Below, piece by piece: positions 18,360 through 28,113 of a stretch of DNA of 64,000 nucleotides. This stretch comes from an uncultured delta proteobacterium (lineage in GTDB: Bacteria > Desulfobacterota > BSN033 > UBA1163). The position numbers and the translations under genes were made by a program. The notes below the pieces were generated by a model that was not told the origin of the DNA, did no database searches, and saw nothing but the letters and a program-made list of their open reading frames with translations. The stretch covers positions 480,001 through 544,000 of the forward strand of contig CAWHBU010000002.1 of assembly GCA_963827685.1 (NCBI GenBank). Direction: 5' to 3'. Each line of letters starts with the position of its first letter. Positions within the stretch are counted from its first letter, which is position 1.

Positions 18360-19703
18360 TCACATATCACCCCTGACGGTTTTTCGGGCTTCTCTCACCC
18401 AGATTCCTATCATTGCTTTTCGGGTAGGGGCCCTTCCTTTGAAAGCTTCTCCGATCTGCTCAAAAAGTTTTTCAGGATCTTCCTTTGCGAGAGCCGAAAC
18501 CGAATCAATGCCCACTCCTTCCAATAACCGAAGGTTTTCAATCCCCAATCCTTTTAGTTGAACCAATTGAGCTTTTTCCACCCATTGGATAAGCAAATCC
18601 CTTGGGACGAGGAGACGAAGTGCCAGTTCATCCCTTTCTCTTTTCTCGCTGGTTTTTAAGAGAAGCTCATCAAGGGTCGTGATCCCTACTTTCGGGAGTT
18701 CCCTTCGATATTGAGGTTCGATCCAGTAGGCATCTTCGAGCCGAGGGTAATAAGAATCAACGGTCTTAGAGTCGATTTCCCCGAAGATGAGAACAGAGAA
18801 ACTTCCAATCAGAATGGCTGTTAAGATCATAGTAAGAGGTCTTGTCCTTCTCTCCCGATTTAGGCGGTAAGTGGATTCCTCCCATCCCCTTCCTGACCGA
18901 AACAGAGAGATGGAGTTATACATCACATAAGCTTGAACAGCGAAGGGAGGGAATCCTAAAAAGCCCAAAAAGGGCATTTCAAACCCTTTGCCCCGATCGA
19001 AAAAGGGGACCATGTAGATCCATTTGGAACGGGCCCAGAAATTCCAGAACTCCCAGAGAAAGCCGCATATCAGTCCTGCTATGAGTAAAAGAAAAATCTT
19101 TTTAGGGCTGCCTTCTTCCACATCTCTCAGAAGAGATTTCCCTCCGAACCTGTAATTGAACGGTTCGAGAAGAAAGCTGAATCCCATCCAGATGAGGGGG
19201 AAAAAGTATTCAGGGATAAGGAGTGCGGAAGCCAGGCATAGGGCTCCGAGCAGGATGAGAACGGAATGTCCACCCTTTGAGATGGCAGTTTTTTTAATCC
19301 GCGAATTTTTCAGAGGTCCTAATGTCTCCAGCAACTCGGTTGTCTCGAACATCCCGGGGAGAACTGTCCCGTAAGCAATAGCATACCCCAACCATCTCTC
19401 CACTGGGGAGTGGGGGAGGTTGATATAATACCAGTTTTTTAGGGAGAGATTTGCCGCTTCAAAGATCAACCAGATGAAGAGCGACCAGGGAATCATCAAA
19501 AAGAATTCTTTGGTTCGACTGAGGATCAGAGAGTTTCCTTTTAAACGATAGATAACTGCATCAATGGTGAGGATATAAGACCACCAAGCAAAGGAATAAA
19601 ACCAACTGTAGAATGGATCGACCTTTTTGAAGAGGAAGATTTCAGAGAGAATGAGAAGAATGATTCCAAAAATCCCATGAATGGGAAAAGTCTTTTTCAT
19701 CAA
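18360..19703 (-). CDS. Membrane protein with C-terminal DUF4332/HhH-like domain
   Basis: WLIFE..N..LKNWYY, GFLWEFWN, FEMPFLGFLGFPPF; LKGLG..LLEGVGIDSV. Confidence 0.75.
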   Translation of the reverse strand: MMKKTFPIHGIFGIILLILSEIFLFKKVDPFYSWFYSFAWWSYILTIDAVIYRLKGNSLILSRTKEFFLMIPWSLFIWLIFEAANLSLKNWYYINLPHSPVERWLGYAIAYGTVLPGMFETTELLETLGPLKNSRIKKTAISKGGHSVLILLGALCLASALLIPEYFFPLIWMGFSFLLEPFNYRFGGKSLLRDVEEGSPKKIFLLLIAGLICGFLWEFWNFWARSKWIYMVPFFDRGKGFEMPFLGFLGFPPFAVQAYVMYNSISLFRSGRGWEESTYRLNRERRTRPLTMILTAILIGSFSVLIFGEIDSKTVDSYYPRLEDAYWIEPQYRRELPKVGITTLDELLLKTSEKRERDELALRLLVPRDLLIQWVEKAQLVQLKGLGIENLRLLEGVGIDSVSALAKEDPEKLFEQIGEAFKGRAPTRKAMIGIWVREARKTVRGDM

Positions 19704-19784
19704 AGCCTAATTTAGCACATTCATGGTCTTCAAACAATTGGCAAAAATTCGTTGGTGTTCCATTTCTTTTCGGCACAAGAGTTA

Positions 19785-19893
19785 GTGAAGCCCCCCGGCC
19801 ATCCCGTTAGGACGGGACAGGCACGCCGGGGCTTCCCGGGCACGCAGTGGCGAGAGGGATACGAGCATAGGAAATATCGTTTTAATTGTGTCC
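19785..19893 (-). mobile_element. IS200/IS605-like MITE, copy 1 (left end missing)
   Basis: Reverse complement aligns with ~22617-22704; ends in GAAGCCCCGG...CCGGGGGGCTTCAC. Confidence 0.65.
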
Positions 19894-19925
19894 ATAGAAT
19901 TCCTCTCTTTCACGAGGAATTTTCC

Positions 19926-20426
19926 TTAATCAAGCAACACAAAACCATAACGGTTTTGAATATCCCCTTTCGCCTTAAGAACTTCACATGGTAGTCCTAA
20001 ATTCCGTGCTGTCTTATATACATCAATACCAAAGATCGAATCGCAAGGTCTTACTTTATCCGGGGTAGGGCAAGGATTTCCTTGTTTAACGGAACAAGTC
20101 TCGCACAAATTACATGTACGGATGGCAAAAGCGAAGTAGTAACCATTCAGGAAAGCGGTTCTTTCAATCTCAAGAACTGCCTTACTCAATTCCCTGGGAT
20201 CGTGCGAGTGAAGTATTAGAATGTAATTATATCTCTTAACCATTTCAACTCTTTCTTGATAAGTCGTCCCTCTATGGTCGCATCTTATATTTCCGGGACG
20301 GAAATCTTCACATCCCCATCGACATTTCAGAATCGCCCGAATATCGAAGGAGATTTGCTTTGGTGAAATAATTGCTGCGTCAACCATATGGAGTTCTTTT
20401 GCCAATTGAATGTATTTTTCCATCAT
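19926..20426 (-). CDS. DUF2284 family Cys-rich metal-binding protein
   Basis: KCRWGC, CNLCETC, CPTP..RP, GIDVYKTA. Confidence 0.8.
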   Translation of the reverse strand: MMEKYIQLAKELHMVDAAIISPKQISFDIRAILKCRWGCEDFRPGNIRCDHRGTTYQERVEMVKRYNYILILHSHDPRELSKAVLEIERTAFLNGYYFAFAIRTCNLCETCSVKQGNPCPTPDKVRPCDSIFGIDVYKTARNLGLPCEVLKAKGDIQNRYGFVLLD

Positions 20427-20727
20427 TTTTTCCTTCTTATGCTTTTATATGCTTAAGTTATGGACAAACATTCCAAAAATTGAAATAATTTTATTGCCAA
20501 AGCAGACTGAAGTCAATTGAATATATCAGGGGACGGGAATTCCGTAAATCGACGAGATGTCGTTCGTCAAACCGTCGAAACAGGGAATGGGGAGGGCCAA
20601 ATGGGTAGGTGACGGCTGTATTTGAAATTCCCATAGATGCCGCCTATAATAATAAATTAGGCATTGGCAACGATCTTTTGCCTGAAATGAATATTTTAAA
20701 CTTGAATGGGTCATCTTTTTTATGGGT

Positions 20728-20855
20728 GGCCGGAACGTGCCCCGCATGCCCCGTCTTGTAGGCGGGGTCCCTGCCTACCGGCAGGCAGGAAGGGGCACAA
20801 TATAAAATGAAATTACCCTGCCGGGAAGCCCCGTCCTGTGGGCGAGGAGCTTCAC
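20728..20855 (+). mobile_element. IS200/IS605-like MITE, copy 2
   Basis: GGCCGGAACGTGCCCCGC...GGGGCACAAT...CCGGGAAGCCCCGTCCTGTGGGCGAGGAGCTTCAC. Confidence 0.65.
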
Positions 20856-20889
20856 TCCACCGGATTATATTCAAAAACAGGAGGAAGGA

Positions 20890-22467
20890 ATGACTCACGG
20901 GGAAACCAAGGAATTTTTTAATGCGGCTGATTATTTCGTAGATCGAAATATACGTCAGGGATATGGTCACAAAGTTGCGGTCTATACCGAGCATCGGAAC
21001 TATACCTATAATGACATTCAAAAGATGGTCAACAAAACGGCTAACGCGATGCGCGACTTAGGCGTCCGCATCGAAGACCGGGTCATGATTCTCATGCTGG
21101 ATGTGCCCCAATTCTATGCCATCTTTTGGGGATCCATTAAAATGGGTGCAGTACCTGTTCCCGTGAATACCATGCTGACTCCTGAGGATTATGAGTATTA
21201 CCTCAATGACAGCCGAGCGCGGGTGCTTGCCGTGTCCACAGAACTCCTCCCCGTGATCAACCAGATCAAGGGTGACCTTCATTATCTCCGTGATCTCATT
21301 GTAATCTCGGAAGTGGAAGGGGGACTTATACCATTCCGACAGAAATACAAGCGCGCTTTATCAACGGTCAAAATAGCCTCCACGACGCGCGATGACGTGG
21401 GTTTCTGGCTCTACAGCTCAGGATCTACCGGTTCACCCAAGGGGGCTATCCATTCACAATATGACATGGTCGTTGTTTCCCAGGCCTATGGGCAGAAAGT
21501 GCTGGGACTCAAGGAGGATGACATCTGTTTCTCAGCGGGACGACTATTTTTCGCTTATGGTCTTGGAAACGGGATGTATTTACCGATGTCAGTGGGAGCC
21601 TCTGCCGTGCTTTGTCCCCGTCGCCCCACTCCAGAGGTCATGTTCAGGTATCTCAAACGCTTTCGACCAACAATATTCTTTGGAATTCCTACGCTTTACG
21701 GTCAGATGCTCGAGTACAAAGCACATATGGATCGAGAACAGGGAATAAAACCACGACCCGATTCAGACCACGAACTTTCATCGGTCCGAATCTGTGTGTC
21801 AGGCGGGGAGGCATTGCCTCCGGACATCTATTACCGTTGGAAACAACGGTTTGGAGTAGACATCCTGGACGGGATCGGCTCAACCGAAATGCTTCATATA
21901 TTCCTTTCCAACCAATTGGGGGCCATCAAACCAGAATCCACCGGGAAACCTGTGCCAGGATATGAGCTAAGAATTGTGGATGACGAAGGGAAAGAATTGC
22001 CTCGGGGAGAAATCGGTACGCTGATGGTCAAGGGAGACAGCGCCGCCCAATTCTATTGGCGCAAGCGGGAGAAAACGCGACAGACCATGCAAGGAGAGTG
22101 GATCAATACGGGCGACAAGTACTACGTGGACAAGGAAGGTTACTACTGGTGCGCTGGAAGAGCTGACGACATGTTGAAGGTAGGGGGGATATGGGTTTCA
22201 CCCGTAGAAGTAGAAAACTGTCTGGGTACCCACCCAGCGGTCCTCGAGACCGCCGTGGTGGGTTCCAAAGACGATCAAGGGCTGATCAAACCCAAGGCAT
22301 TCGTCGTGCTCCGTGAGGGGTTCAACCCTTCAGATGATTTATCAGAAGAACTCAAGAAATGGGTTCAGGACAGAATGGCCAAGTATAAGTATCCACGCTG
22401 GATAGAATTTGCTAAAGAGCTGCCGAAGAGTACCACAGGCAAGATCCTACGTTTTAAACTTCGTTAG
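20890..22467 (+). CDS. Benzoate-CoA ligase family protein
   Basis: FNAADY, FWLYSSGSTGSPKG, LFFAYGLGN, DGIGSTEMLHIFLSN, DDMLKVGGIWVSP. Confidence 0.92.
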   Translation: MTHGETKEFFNAADYFVDRNIRQGYGHKVAVYTEHRNYTYNDIQKMVNKTANAMRDLGVRIEDRVMILMLDVPQFYAIFWGSIKMGAVPVPVNTMLTPEDYEYYLNDSRARVLAVSTELLPVINQIKGDLHYLRDLIVISEVEGGLIPFRQKYKRALSTVKIASTTRDDVGFWLYSSGSTGSPKGAIHSQYDMVVVSQAYGQKVLGLKEDDICFSAGRLFFAYGLGNGMYLPMSVGASAVLCPRRPTPEVMFRYLKRFRPTIFFGIPTLYGQMLEYKAHMDREQGIKPRPDSDHELSSVRICVSGGEALPPDIYYRWKQRFGVDILDGIGSTEMLHIFLSNQLGAIKPESTGKPVPGYELRIVDDEGKELPRGEIGTLMVKGDSAAQFYWRKREKTRQTMQGEWINTGDKYYVDKEGYYWCAGRADDMLKVGGIWVSPVEVENCLGTHPAVLETAVVGSKDDQGLIKPKAFVVLREGFNPSDDLSEELKKWVQDRMAKYKYPRWIEFAKELPKSTTGKILRFKLR

Positions 22468-22571
22468 AATATAAGCCTCTCTTACCGAGGGCATCCCTAT
22501 TGTAGGTGGGTGGTTAGGGAGGCTGGAATTGGAAAGTTTCCGGGTGAATATTATGTTACCTTAGACTTTCT

Positions 22572-22704
22572 GACCGGCAAGTGCCCCGCCAAAGCGGATA
22601 GGCGGGGGAGGCAAGGGGCACAATTAAGACCATATTTCCTTTGCTCGCTCTCCGCTCGCCACTACGTGCCCGGGAAGCCCCGGCCTGTGGCCGGGGAGCT
22701 TCAA
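22572..22704 (+). mobile_element. IS200/IS605-like MITE, copy 3, overlapping 3' end of the PHP gene
   Basis: GACCGGCAAGTGCCCCGC...GGGGCACAAT...CCGGGAAGCCCCGGCCTGTGGCCGGGGAGCTTCAA. Confidence 0.7.
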
Positions 22705-23436
22705 TTGAGGATATTGCTTCGGTCGGCGTTTACCTATTTTTGCCCGAAGCTTCATTCTAAGGAATCTATTTGCAATCGATCCCATTTCTAAGGGCTTCAG
22801 TGGACGGGTGACAACCTCAACTCTATTCCCACGGATAGCGGCAAAAATAGATTCAAGATTTCTCTCTGCATAGATCAATGAATAGGTGGTTCCCAGCTGA
22901 CAGAGGAAATGAGCATCTGAGTTTCCGATCAACGGAAATCCGAAGGATTGACATACTTCTAAAGCCCTCTGGTTAAAGTTGATCATCGAGGAATAGAAAT
23001 GACAATATTCGAGTGCATCGAAAAGATTCAGGTGCTTCAAAAGGTATCCATTTAATGAATAGGTTCCCGGGAAATAGGGGTGGGGAGCCACGATCAAGGT
23101 TTCCGGGCGACGCAGTTTTGAAAGGGAGAGAAAATCTGAACATGTTTTATGCGGGGGAGGGTTCAAAACGAGGACATGACGTCTCTGAATCGTCATCTCT
23201 ATGCCGGGGATAAGGAGGACACCCCTTTTCTGTGCGTAGGATAAAAGGTCCTGATCGAAGGTCATCTGGTGATGATTGGTGATGGAAATCACGTCATAAC
23301 TTTCATCAGCAGCTTTCGAGATAAGTTCTTTAGCCGTATATCGTACGCGGTCAAGAGGATCTTCAGCGGTGTGAAGGTGTAGATCAGCCTTAAGGGGTTT
23401 CAGCCTTTTCATTCTAACGATAGATTCTTTCACCAT
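22624..23436 (-). CDS. PHP-domain metal-dependent phosphoesterase
   Basis: DLHLHT, SITNH, PGIE, APHP, GNSDAH; last ~26 codons lie within the MITE. Confidence 0.85.
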   Translation of the reverse strand: MVKESIVRMKRLKPLKADLHLHTAEDPLDRVRYTAKELISKAADESYDVISITNHHQMTFDQDLLSYAQKRGVLLIPGIEMTIQRRHVLVLNPPPHKTCSDFLSLSKLRRPETLIVAPHPYFPGTYSLNGYLLKHLNLFDALEYCHFYSSMINFNQRALEVCQSFGFPLIGNSDAHFLCQLGTTYSLIYAERNLESIFAAIRGNRVEVVTRPLKPLEMGSIANRFLRMKLRAKIGKRRPKQYPQLKLPGHRPGLPGHVVASGERAKEIWS

Positions 23437-23828
23437 CTCTTAATCCCAACACGAATATTTCAATACATGGAGCCCTACGGGTAAGCCCATAAGCATGTTT
23501 GGCGAGCAGGTCGGAAAGTTTTTCTTCTCGCATTCATCCATGGATAAGGTTTAGGTCTACAGCGTAGGCAGATATATATCTTATAAGACTTCACAGGCAT
23601 GATGTCAAATTTCAGAAGGATGATTGAGGATATTGGGCTCATGGAATTAGTTACAACTTTTCCAAACATATTCTTTTACATTTTAGGACAAAATTTGTCA
23701 TGCCTGGTACAGAATGTATTACGGAATCTTCATTTTGGAAAATTTTTTTTATTGTTCAAAACTTGGAAAAGCTTGTAATATTAGTCTATTAAGAGATTCT
23801 GGCTGCCTTCTCAATACACCTTCAAATT

Positions 23829-23844
23829 TGGCACCAAATATGCG
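23829..23844 (+). promoter_or_regulatory. Putative sigma54 promoter
   Basis: TGGCAC-CAAAT-ATGC with exact GG-N10-GC spacing; palindrome GACAAAATTTGTC at 23687-23699. Confidence 0.5.
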
Positions 23845-23946
23845 AATAACAACAAAAGCTAAATATCGGGTGCAAGCACGAAGACGCTTGCCTAAGGGCT
23901 TTGAACAAACACTTAATCGATATAACTCGGTTATAACGTTGAAAAA

Positions 23947-24309
23947 ATGACGATTCCTGGTTTAGATCTCATTTCAAATCTTCGGAAATCCCGTCCCAAA
24001 CAAGTACCCGAACGCCCCCATTTGTTTATGGCTGGTCTCAATCAGAAGGTCTTTCTTAATCAGTGGGGTGAACCAGAAACGCAGGTGACTCTTGAGCAAC
24101 TTGGAAAATTGAATAAACTGGGAACAATGTTCCTAATTACCGATCCTACCGAAGCAGCCAACCTCTCCGTCTGGATTTATGAAAAGAAGAATAGCGTTCT
24201 CCTTTTTACAAAAGAAAAACTGGTCTCTCATTTCAGTTGTAAGAAATTCAGACAGAGTTTGGAAGAAAGAGGGGATACCAATCTTTCATCGGTCTCCAGA
24301 ATCTTGTAA
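23947..24309 (+). CDS. Hypothetical protein
   Basis: 120-aa ORF; WGEPE...VWIYEK pattern. Confidence 0.55.
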   Translation: MTIPGLDLISNLRKSRPKQVPERPHLFMAGLNQKVFLNQWGEPETQVTLEQLGKLNKLGTMFLITDPTEAANLSVWIYEKKNSVLLFTKEKLVSHFSCKKFRQSLEERGDTNLSSVSRIL

Positions 24310-24412
24310 TATGGTTCAAGACTTACGTTTGAAATAATTCAAGATCCCTTCTTCACTCCTTCTTTGCCTTCCTATTTCTTTGGATACCCCACTGATTACA
24401 CGAGAAGAGAGT

Positions 24413-27190
24413 TCATGAAGATGCCAATCCGCCGTATTTCTCCGCGCGCCATCGAAAAGCCTCCTCTCCTCCTTGCATGGTGGTCTTTATGAGGTCCCGT
24501 ATCAGACGGTCGTCGATAGATGCCCGGCCGATGATATGGGCGTGATCATCTCGTACCTCCAAAGGCATGACGAGTTCGGCATCGCCGATCACGGGAATGG
24601 TGGCGTCATTTGTCGTCAAAATGACCTGGTGTTGGGGACTTTGGTCTTTTAACCCTTTTTGCTCCCTCAGCATCTGAAGAACCTCTTCGCGCAGGGATCG
24701 GTTGTCGAGGTAATCATCCGGTTGATCGATGACAAGAATCCGGTTTTCCAGTCCAAACAAGAAAAGCAGAACGGCTATAGCACCCTGACCCACCGACAGA
24801 TGGTCGAGGGACCGATATTGACCATCAATCCTCAGTTCCAATCGAAGGGAATCTTGAGGAATAAGTGTTTCCAACGCAAGGAGTCGTGATTCCTCAGCGG
24901 TTAGCCAATTGATCAAGGAATCTGCCATCTCAGGCTTGAGGCCGAAACGCATTTGGACTTCCTTGCTTCCTGCACGTACCGCTTCGGCGAGCGCGATGCC
25001 ATCTGTCGCTTCGGGAACGATGAGCCGATCGATCGCATCCTGAGATATGTTAGATCCCTTTAAGAGTAATGAGAGCTGGTCTTTGTAACTTCCTTTTTGA
25101 CCCTTCAGCTCCACTTTGAGATGGAGTCGGCCATTGAGAGATTCCGCAATGGCATCCGCTCTTTCCGTGCGCAATCTGTTCTGAGTGTCTCTGCAATCTC
25201 TGATTTGCTGAAGAAGTCCCTGCCGTTTCTGTCTGAGAGTCTTCAGGCGATCTTCGATCCCGTTAAGTTCTCCGATAAGGGATGCCAAGGAAGTTCTTTC
25301 TTCTTTTAATCTTGAGAGTGGGTCTTGACCTGCTGGTTTCTTTTGTGCGTCCTGTTTCATTCGCTTGCTTTCTTCCTCCAGATGACGAAGCTTCTCTTGG
25401 CAACGCATATCCAGGCGCGTTAGACTCTGTACCGCCTGCTCAAAAAGAGTTGTCTCGTCATCGAGGACTACCTTCAGGCTTTCCTGAAGGACAGCGGAGA
25501 CTTTTACACCCTCTTGCACGATAGCTGTTTCCCTGCTTTGGGCGTCAAGTAGGTTCCGGTGAGCCGTTTCCAGAGAAGCCAGTAGATTAAGACGCCTTTT
25601 ATCAGAATCCGCCAACCCACTCCTGAAGGTATGTATCGCACTCTGTAAGCATTCCCCTACACTGCGAAGATCAGTCACCTCTTTTGGCTTTTCTGTAGCT
25701 TGACTTTTGTGGTTTTCAATCTCCTGATCGATTTTCTTGAGCCGTTGACAATATTCTTCTCGTTTCGTCAGCTTTGCCTGCAGATCCAGTATTGCCGCTG
25801 CGTTGGTGTTGAGTGATTCCGTAGCCTTGCCAACAGCGTCTGCGTCTTTGCGAGCCTCTTCGCCAATCAGCTCATCCAGGAGCGCAAGTCGATGCGCCTC
25901 ACTTGCAGAAACGGTGGTGATCTCTCGTTGGCCAAAAAATGTGAGTCCACCGCCAGGACTGAGAAGCTCAGAGGGGCTCACTGAAAGGGATTTTTCAGGG
26001 CTGACTTGAAATGTACGGGGTTCTTCGCCCCACACTCGGGAGATGCGATACTGACGAATTTTTCCCTCCCGAACGGGCCTGTCCAGGATGACCTCCACCT
26101 TGCCACCAGCACCTAAAGCATGACGAACAAGCCCCTCGCGGGAGGATTGATCCGAGGAGGGCGTGATGGCAAAGGCATACCGGAGACTTTCGAGGATGGC
26201 GGATTTGCCCACACCCTTCCCCCCGATCATTACGTTGAGGTCTTGGTTCCAAGAAATGCTCAGATTTCCCAGGAAGCCCGATCCTGAGATGACCATGCTT
26301 CGGATTCTCGGATGAATCGCCGAAGGAATCCCACCAATGGACAGACGGGTCTGCGGATCATGGAGTGCCATTCGCAGGGCGTCTAAATTCGTTGCGCTGA
26401 GTTTTAGGTAGGTTGCCCGGAGGAGTCCATCGGTTCGATATTGCGTTCCGATCTCTTCGATTCGTTTCGAGTTGGAGAATTCGACAAAAGCCATTTGATC
26501 CCAAAAGTTTTCCGACAGAACGCCGGTAGACTGGACCTTCTTTTTTTCTTTTTCCGGGCAATATTCGATAGCATCAGGTTTTATCTCCAGGAGGAGTTTG
26601 GCGGCCTCCTCGGCCGTGAGACCCCTGCAGAAACCATTGGCCTGATCGGGGTGCGGAAGGACCAACAAACAGTTGAACCGGCTTCGCAAGTCCTTCAGGG
26701 CATCTGCCAAGTTGGTTTTCAACTCAATATCCCGATGAGAGCCATGGTTGTCAAACAAAGGGGCGCCTGGGTTTTTATCAAGGGATCGAAGAAAGGTGTT
26801 CAAATCCTTCAGGTCGGTATCTCCGGAGAAGATGGCCAATATATGAAGGCCATATTTGCCCTGTTTGAACGTCATCTCAATCCCGGGCAAGAGCGTCACA
26901 CCACGGTTCGTGGCCTTTGCAGCAGTTATCTCAAACCATTCTATGTTTACTCCATTGTAGTCTGTGATGGCGGCGACGGAAATCCCTTGAGATGCAAGTT
27001 GTTCGACGTAGGCGTCAATAAGGCCTTTCCCGTCTTCACGCTTCGCCCCCTTCGGGGGCACAAAAGCCGGCACATTAGGACTATGTAGATGAAGGTCGAG
27101 CCGGTGCCAAGTAGCTCCCCTATTAGAGTTTTGCAATGGTTCGGTCGGCCTTCCTTCTAAGGGCAGGCGGCCGTGTTTCAATGAGTTCAT
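24413..27190 (-). CDS. PHP domain + coiled-coil ABC/SMC-type ATPase (TrlF/Ppl-like), motif-degenerate
   Basis: DLHLHSP, Walker A GGKGVGKS, long coiled coil, LSVGQ, IDQPDDYLDN, IPVIGDAE, GGEEAF..R..KY. Confidence 0.85.
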   Translation of the reverse strand: MNSLKHGRLPLEGRPTEPLQNSNRGATWHRLDLHLHSPNVPAFVPPKGAKREDGKGLIDAYVEQLASQGISVAAITDYNGVNIEWFEITAAKATNRGVTLLPGIEMTFKQGKYGLHILAIFSGDTDLKDLNTFLRSLDKNPGAPLFDNHGSHRDIELKTNLADALKDLRSRFNCLLVLPHPDQANGFCRGLTAEEAAKLLLEIKPDAIEYCPEKEKKKVQSTGVLSENFWDQMAFVEFSNSKRIEEIGTQYRTDGLLRATYLKLSATNLDALRMALHDPQTRLSIGGIPSAIHPRIRSMVISGSGFLGNLSISWNQDLNVMIGGKGVGKSAILESLRYAFAITPSSDQSSREGLVRHALGAGGKVEVILDRPVREGKIRQYRISRVWGEEPRTFQVSPEKSLSVSPSELLSPGGGLTFFGQREITTVSASEAHRLALLDELIGEEARKDADAVGKATESLNTNAAAILDLQAKLTKREEYCQRLKKIDQEIENHKSQATEKPKEVTDLRSVGECLQSAIHTFRSGLADSDKRRLNLLASLETAHRNLLDAQSRETAIVQEGVKVSAVLQESLKVVLDDETTLFEQAVQSLTRLDMRCQEKLRHLEEESKRMKQDAQKKPAGQDPLSRLKEERTSLASLIGELNGIEDRLKTLRQKRQGLLQQIRDCRDTQNRLRTERADAIAESLNGRLHLKVELKGQKGSYKDQLSLLLKGSNISQDAIDRLIVPEATDGIALAEAVRAGSKEVQMRFGLKPEMADSLINWLTAEESRLLALETLIPQDSLRLELRIDGQYRSLDHLSVGQGAIAVLLFLFGLENRILVIDQPDDYLDNRSLREEVLQMLREQKGLKDQSPQHQVILTTNDATIPVIGDAELVMPLEVRDDHAHIIGRASIDDRLIRDLIKTTMQGGEEAFRWRAEKYGGLASS

Positions 27191-27266
27191 GTCCCATTTT
27201 ACCTTTCTAAGACATCTTCTTCATCCGCATGTTGCCAAGGCCTCTGTGCGTTTCCTGAACGCCCGT

Positions 27267-28025
27267 TCAATTCTTTTGTAAAGCCACTCTAATGTGTCCT
27301 AATAGATCGATGTAATTAAATGGCTTCAAGCAATAACTGCTAAATCCTCCGAGCTTTTTTTGAAACTCCTCCAAATCCCCTTTAGTGACAGATATGATCA
27401 TGGGTGTCTCGCTTGAGCCAAATTCCAGTTTCAGTTGATAGAAGCCGTCATAGTTGTTCGCCTTGACGAGCGACCCATCGAGAAAAATGATATCCGGCTT
27501 TTCCTTCTTGACCTCTTCTGATCCTTCTTTGATGCTTGATACGATACTCACTTCGTAGCCCATTTCAACTATTTTCACGAATTCGGCAATCTCTGGTTCT
27601 TTCCCGATGACCAGTATTCGCTTTTGCAATCCTCTGGGCTGTTGCGAATGCTCGGATGATTCTAAAACCTTTTTGACCGTCCCCAGCAACATCTCTGGCT
27701 TATAAGGCTTCTTGACAAAGTATTGCGCCCCTAAATTATATGCCCTTGCCACGTCTTCCGGTCTATCTTTAGCGGTAAGAAAGATCACCGGTACAGACCG
27801 GGTCTTGGGCGACATCTTCAACCTCGTATAGACGGAATAACCTCCGCCAGCAGGCATGACGATATCCAATATGATCAGATCAGGCTTCTCCGAATAAGCA
27901 TAGGTCAAGCCTTGCTGTCCATCCAGGGCAGCAATCACCTCGTATCCGCTTGCCTCCAGACGAGCCTTTACCATGGTCACGATATTTGGCATATCGTCGA
28001 TTACCAGGATTTTTTTCTTAGCCAT
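27267..28025 (-). CDS. Tandem receiver-domain response regulator (REC + degenerate REC)
   Basis: ILVIDD..PDLIILDIVMP..FLTAK..KKPY; second domain ILVIGK..IFLDG..LKPF. Confidence 0.88.
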   Translation of the reverse strand: MAKKKILVIDDMPNIVTMVKARLEASGYEVIAALDGQQGLTYAYSEKPDLIILDIVMPAGGGYSVYTRLKMSPKTRSVPVIFLTAKDRPEDVARAYNLGAQYFVKKPYKPEMLLGTVKKVLESSEHSQQPRGLQKRILVIGKEPEIAEFVKIVEMGYEVSIVSSIKEGSEEVKKEKPDIIFLDGSLVKANNYDGFYQLKLEFGSSETPMIISVTKGDLEEFQKKLGGFSSYCLKPFNYIDLLGHIRVALQKN

Positions 28026-28042
28026 CTTTTATGCCGTGATTT

Positions 28043-28113
28043 ACCCCGGTTAGAAATAATGCCCCGATGCTCTCCAGCGGGGTAACATTGCCCACTGGAA
28101 TTTCTAACGGGGT
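28043..28113. repeat. Intergenic palindrome ACCCCGGTTAGAAAT...ATTTCTAACGGGGT
   Basis: Near-perfect terminal inverted repeat inside the operon. Confidence 0.65.

Noticed and set aside
20664-20682. Sigma54 promoter for the benzoate-CoA ligase (TGGCAAC...TTGC)
   Set aside because: GG-to-GC spacing is 2 nt too long.
23714-23950. ORF containing Rrf2-like MRITTKAKY
   Set aside because: Similarity is limited to about 10 residues and overlaps a better-supported sigma54 promoter.
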